17,065 bases of DNA. Source: a virus. The position numbers were made by a program, and so were the translations under genes. The DNA is taken from the UHGV virus genome UHGV-0195094; one strand, 5' to 3'. Positions 13,895-17,065 of this stretch are shown here, piece by piece; position 1 is the stretch's first letter; each line of letters starts with the position of its first letter. Below the pieces are notes generated by a model that had not been told where the DNA came from, did no database searches, and saw only the letters and a list, made by a program, of their open reading frames with translations.

Positions 13895-16867
13895 ATGGAT
13901 AACTTTACAATAGTAAATAAATGTAAGACAACCCCTTGGCTTGTACTTCCTACTGTATACACTGACGCACTTTCCTATTATGAACAAGTAAACAAATTGT
14001 GCTATGTTGTTAATCAGTTGATTGATAATAATAACAAAATTCCCGATTATATTAAGGAACTTATAAACCAGTTTCTTGAAAGCGGAAAAATTACTGATAT
14101 AATTACTTCTGCACTGTCTGAGTTCATACTAAACGTAAAATATCCACCGCAAGGTATACCATCTGCAAAAGGTGATGGGCTAACAGATGATACGGAAACC
14201 TTTACAAAATGTATTGAGTATGCCAAGAAAAAAGGTGGGGTTGTTTTCATTCCGTATGGTTCATATCTGATGAATAATATTGACCTTAACGGTGTTTCTC
14301 TTTTTGGTATGGATAAACACACAACAAAAATAGTTGCAAAAGGTGGCATTTCTTCACCTTTTATTAAATTAAATAATGCCGGAATTTACGGTATTACTGT
14401 AGACGGAAACTCAGATACCCAAGTAAACGATATTACTGGAATTCAATCATCGAATTGTTCTATTAACGAGGTAATAATTAAAGATTGCTATACCTGTATA
14501 TCAGCAGAAAGTGGTAATATTGATATTTCTAATATTAGCTTAACAGGAACTGGACATATAGGTATTTCCATTACAGGTGAAACCACTTTGTCAGGTAATA
14601 ATGTTTATATTAGCGGTATACAGACAATGGAAAGTGGTGTTAAAGTAGATACACAATCCACGGCTATTATAACAAATATTGCTAGTCACTTAAATTTTGG
14701 ATCAGTTATTGACTGCAAAGGTAATAACTCAAAATTTACCGGAAATATATCTGGAAATGCTAATAGGATAAAAAACACTGGCACAAACAATGTAATAGCA
14801 TTTAACGGTTATATTGATGAAAGCTGTACTAATGTATCGAGATCAGGAGATAGCCTAACTGAAAACTATGAAACAGTAAATCGTAGTGGATCACAGGTTA
14901 CTGAGAATTTTACTAACGTAAATAGTAGTGGTTCAGAGCTTACTGAGAATTTTACTAACGTAAATCGAAGTGGTGAAACTAAAATAACAAAATTTAAATC
15001 CGTCACTGAAACAGCTACAGAAAAAACAGTAAACTCAGATACTACTGTAAACGGTGATGTATTTCTTAACACAAATGCCCCGTTAAAATACGGGGAAATT
15101 GAAAGTAAATATGGTACTAAAGTTGTAGCAATGATGGATAAAAACGACAACCCGTATTATATCAATGTGTATGACCCTAATTCAGTTACACCAGAAAGCG
15201 ACTTAGTTTTAAATAATCACTTTTTATTCAGAACCGTTAATGAAACTAAGTCTGAATACTGGACAGCTGATACTTATTATGGTGGCGTTCAGGGTGGGTG
15301 CATAGTTAATAATAATATTATATGCCTCTATCCAACTACTTCAAATACAAACGATACACTTTTGATTGAATTTTCAAAAAACGGTAATCAAATAAGAAGT
15401 GCAACTTTACCTCTTGGTCATGGTAACGATATTTGTTACAATGATGGTAAACTATATGTTGTACCAAATGAATACTGGATTGATGGCCAGTTCAGAAAGG
15501 TAAACTATTTATTTGTAATTGACTACGATACGCTTACCTTAATACAAACAGTTGTAACAAGTCAAATACTTTATGGTTGTTGTTTCTTCAATAATAAAAT
15601 ACACAGTTTAACAAACGTTGCCCCGTACAATCAGATTGTGTCTGTCGATCTTTCTACAGGTGAAACAACAAATGAGATTTTAATAACTGACACCAGATAT
15701 ACAATAAAATTCCCACCTACATTGCAAACAATGTGCTGTGATAAAGAATATATTTACATTCTCACAGCCTATCCATCTACTATCATAAAGGTAAATCGAA
15801 CTGGAAACATTGAACAGTTTATAGGTGTTCCGTATGAATCTGGTCAGTATCCAATAAACGAGGCAGAGTTTTGTGACATTGACAGCAACGGAACGTTTGT
15901 ACTTGCAGGCGTAACATACACATACTCTTATTCGTTCTCAATATTTTTTGAGTACGGGGATATTTTCTCCAGTGATGAATACAATAATGCTGTAAACATA
16001 AGTGCTTATATTGATAACGTGAATAGTAAAAATACACCAGATGGTAGTGAAGATAATCCATATTATTGTCTGGATGAAATTTTCCTAAAATACAGGTTTA
16101 AGAAACTAGGTGTTATAACAGCATTCATAAAGGGTAATGGTAAAAATTATCTGTACTCAGAATTATACGATTCTACTATTGAAATTAGAGGTAATAATAA
16201 CCCGGTTATACAGGGGGTTGGATTGTCAGGATGTGTGGCACTTTTATCTGGACTTACCATTAACAATCACAACCAAAGAGGACAAGCTATTGCTGTAAGA
16301 AACAGCACTATATTTTTTGGAACAAACTCTATTACTGGTAATATTTATGCTGAAAGAAATATTTTACAGTTCTCAAATTTATCCAATATCCCAGAAAATT
16401 GTATAATAGCATATAACTGTAAAATCAGCTGTTTATCTCCAATCGCAGTTAAATTTCTCAACGATCAATCTTCAAACTGTGAAATTAATGGGTTTGTTGT
16501 CAGTTCCACTAATGCTAGTAAATTACCGTTTAGAGCGGGTATTACAGCTAACTACCCGGCTCTTCTTATAATTAGTGGTGGAACAGTAAATCTAAACGGT
16601 AACAATGCGGATAATTTGAAAGCACTTAGTAGAAAAGTAGAATGTACTATTAGTGAATTTAATGCATGTGGTAATGTATATTATGAAGATAGTAGTAACA
16701 CAGTTAAAATTGTGCTTGCGGGGTATCGTAATAATAAACCTATAATAATACACGGCAATGTTGATTTAAATAAATTAACTAGTGAGTTAAAATATTACGA
16801 TATAGAAGCCAAAACTGATACAGCAACTAACCCATACGCACAATTAAAATTTTATATGGGGTATTAA
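13895..16867 (+). CDS. Tail appendage / receptor-binding protein (990 aa)
   Basis: N-terminal LPTVYTDALSYYEQV anchor. AKGDGLTDDT...GGVVFIPYGSY marks the start of a pectate-lyase-like beta-helix. Then 14-aa repeats, a beta-propeller-like middle (QGGC, GHGND, EAEF) and DGSEDNPY followed by a second beta-rich region. Position of phi29 gp12. Confidence 0.85.
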   Translation: MDNFTIVNKCKTTPWLVLPTVYTDALSYYEQVNKLCYVVNQLIDNNNKIPDYIKELINQFLESGKITDIITSALSEFILNVKYPPQGIPSAKGDGLTDDTETFTKCIEYAKKKGGVVFIPYGSYLMNNIDLNGVSLFGMDKHTTKIVAKGGISSPFIKLNNAGIYGITVDGNSDTQVNDITGIQSSNCSINEVIIKDCYTCISAESGNIDISNISLTGTGHIGISITGETTLSGNNVYISGIQTMESGVKVDTQSTAIITNIASHLNFGSVIDCKGNNSKFTGNISGNANRIKNTGTNNVIAFNGYIDESCTNVSRSGDSLTENYETVNRSGSQVTENFTNVNSSGSELTENFTNVNRSGETKITKFKSVTETATEKTVNSDTTVNGDVFLNTNAPLKYGEIESKYGTKVVAMMDKNDNPYYINVYDPNSVTPESDLVLNNHFLFRTVNETKSEYWTADTYYGGVQGGCIVNNNIICLYPTTSNTNDTLLIEFSKNGNQIRSATLPLGHGNDICYNDGKLYVVPNEYWIDGQFRKVNYLFVIDYDTLTLIQTVVTSQILYGCCFFNNKIHSLTNVAPYNQIVSVDLSTGETTNEILITDTRYTIKFPPTLQTMCCDKEYIYILTAYPSTIIKVNRTGNIEQFIGVPYESGQYPINEAEFCDIDSNGTFVLAGVTYTYSYSFSIFFEYGDIFSSDEYNNAVNISAYIDNVNSKNTPDGSEDNPYYCLDEIFLKYRFKKLGVITAFIKGNGKNYLYSELYDSTIEIRGNNNPVIQGVGLSGCVALLSGLTINNHNQRGQAIAVRNSTIFFGTNSITGNIYAERNILQFSNLSNIPENCIIAYNCKISCLSPIAVKFLNDQSSNCEINGFVVSSTNASKLPFRAGITANYPALLIISGGTVNLNGNNADNLKALSRKVECTISEFNACGNVYYEDSSNTVKIVLAGYRNNKPIIIHGNVDLNKLTSELKYYDIEAKTDTATNPYAQLKFYMGY
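14828..14995 (+). repeat. Four in-frame 42-bp (14-aa) tandem repeats in the tail appendage
   Basis: TNVSRSGDSLTENY / ETVNRSGSQVTENF / TNVNSSGSELTENF / TNVNRSGETKITKF. Identical 26-mer TTACTGAGAATTTTACTAACGTAAAT at 14898 and 14940. Confidence 0.9.
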
Positions 16868-16874
16868 TATCAAT

Positions 16875-16906
16875 GGGTACAGATTTTTTTCTGTACCCTT
16901 GTTTTT
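16875..16906 (+). terminator. Intrinsic terminator of the late operon
   Basis: GGGTACAGA-TTTTTT-TCTGTACCC followed by TTGTTTTT, just after the last stop codon. Confidence 0.88.
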
Positions 16907-16941
16907 ATCTGAAATAAGCAAATTGTATTGAAATTAATAAC

Positions 16942-17065
16942 TGATTTGTACTAAAATGTTGCACAAGAATTGCACTGAATGTTTGTGCATATTTTACCTA
17001 TTGACGGTACAAAGGATGTGTGGTATAATGGGGAAATGAGAACGGGCATTTTATCTTAAAGGGGC
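16942..17065. repeat. Right inverted terminal repeat (ITR)
   Basis: Reverse complement of 1-123. The terminal 35 bp are perfect. Confidence 0.97.
17001..17029 (+). promoter_or_regulatory. Consensus SigA/sigma70 promoter facing the right genome end
   Basis: TTGACG (17001-06), 17 nt, TATAAT (17024-29), with extended -10 TG. Confidence 0.8.

Noticed and set aside
14828..14995. CRISPR-like mini-array or DGR variable repeat
   Set aside because: The repeats are in-frame 42-bp coding units with only 16 nt between the identical parts. There is no reverse transcriptase, template repeat or cas gene in the genome.
1..17065. Transposon, casposon, linear plasmid or prophage interpretation of ITRs + polB
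   Set aside because: No integrase, transposase, Cas1, repressor or partition genes were recognised. A full set of phi29-like virion and lysis genes indicates a lytic podovirus.

Overview
The window looks like an essentially complete linear genome (17,065 bp) of a small phi29/Cp-1-like podovirus that replicates by protein priming. The host is probably a low-GC Gram-positive (Bacillota), inferred from SigA-type promoters, strong Shine-Dalgarno sequences, the holin type and a peptidoglycan-binding domain. It is bounded by ~123-bp imperfect inverted terminal repeats. The left arm (+) carries small early ORFs, two p6-like dsDNA-binding paralogs, a p5-like SSB, a putative terminal protein, a family B DNA polymerase, a dUTPase and a small Cys-rich ORF. 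The packaging ATPase is the only minus-strand gene. The right arm (+) carries holin, a stand-alone PG-binding protein, an NlpC/P60 + lysozyme-like protein, scaffold, major capsid, tail knob, portal, lower collar and a tail appendage/RBP. The most unusual signals are non-coding: (1) a complete tRNA cloverleaf whose anticodon loop is 19 nt, downstream of its own consensus promoter; (2) consensus promoters in both ITRs facing outward off the genome ends; (3) a pRNA-like three-way-junction RNA directly behind the packaging ATPase; (4) a compact three-way junction at 547-591. All protein assignments come from motif recognition and synteny by eye. No database searches were run.
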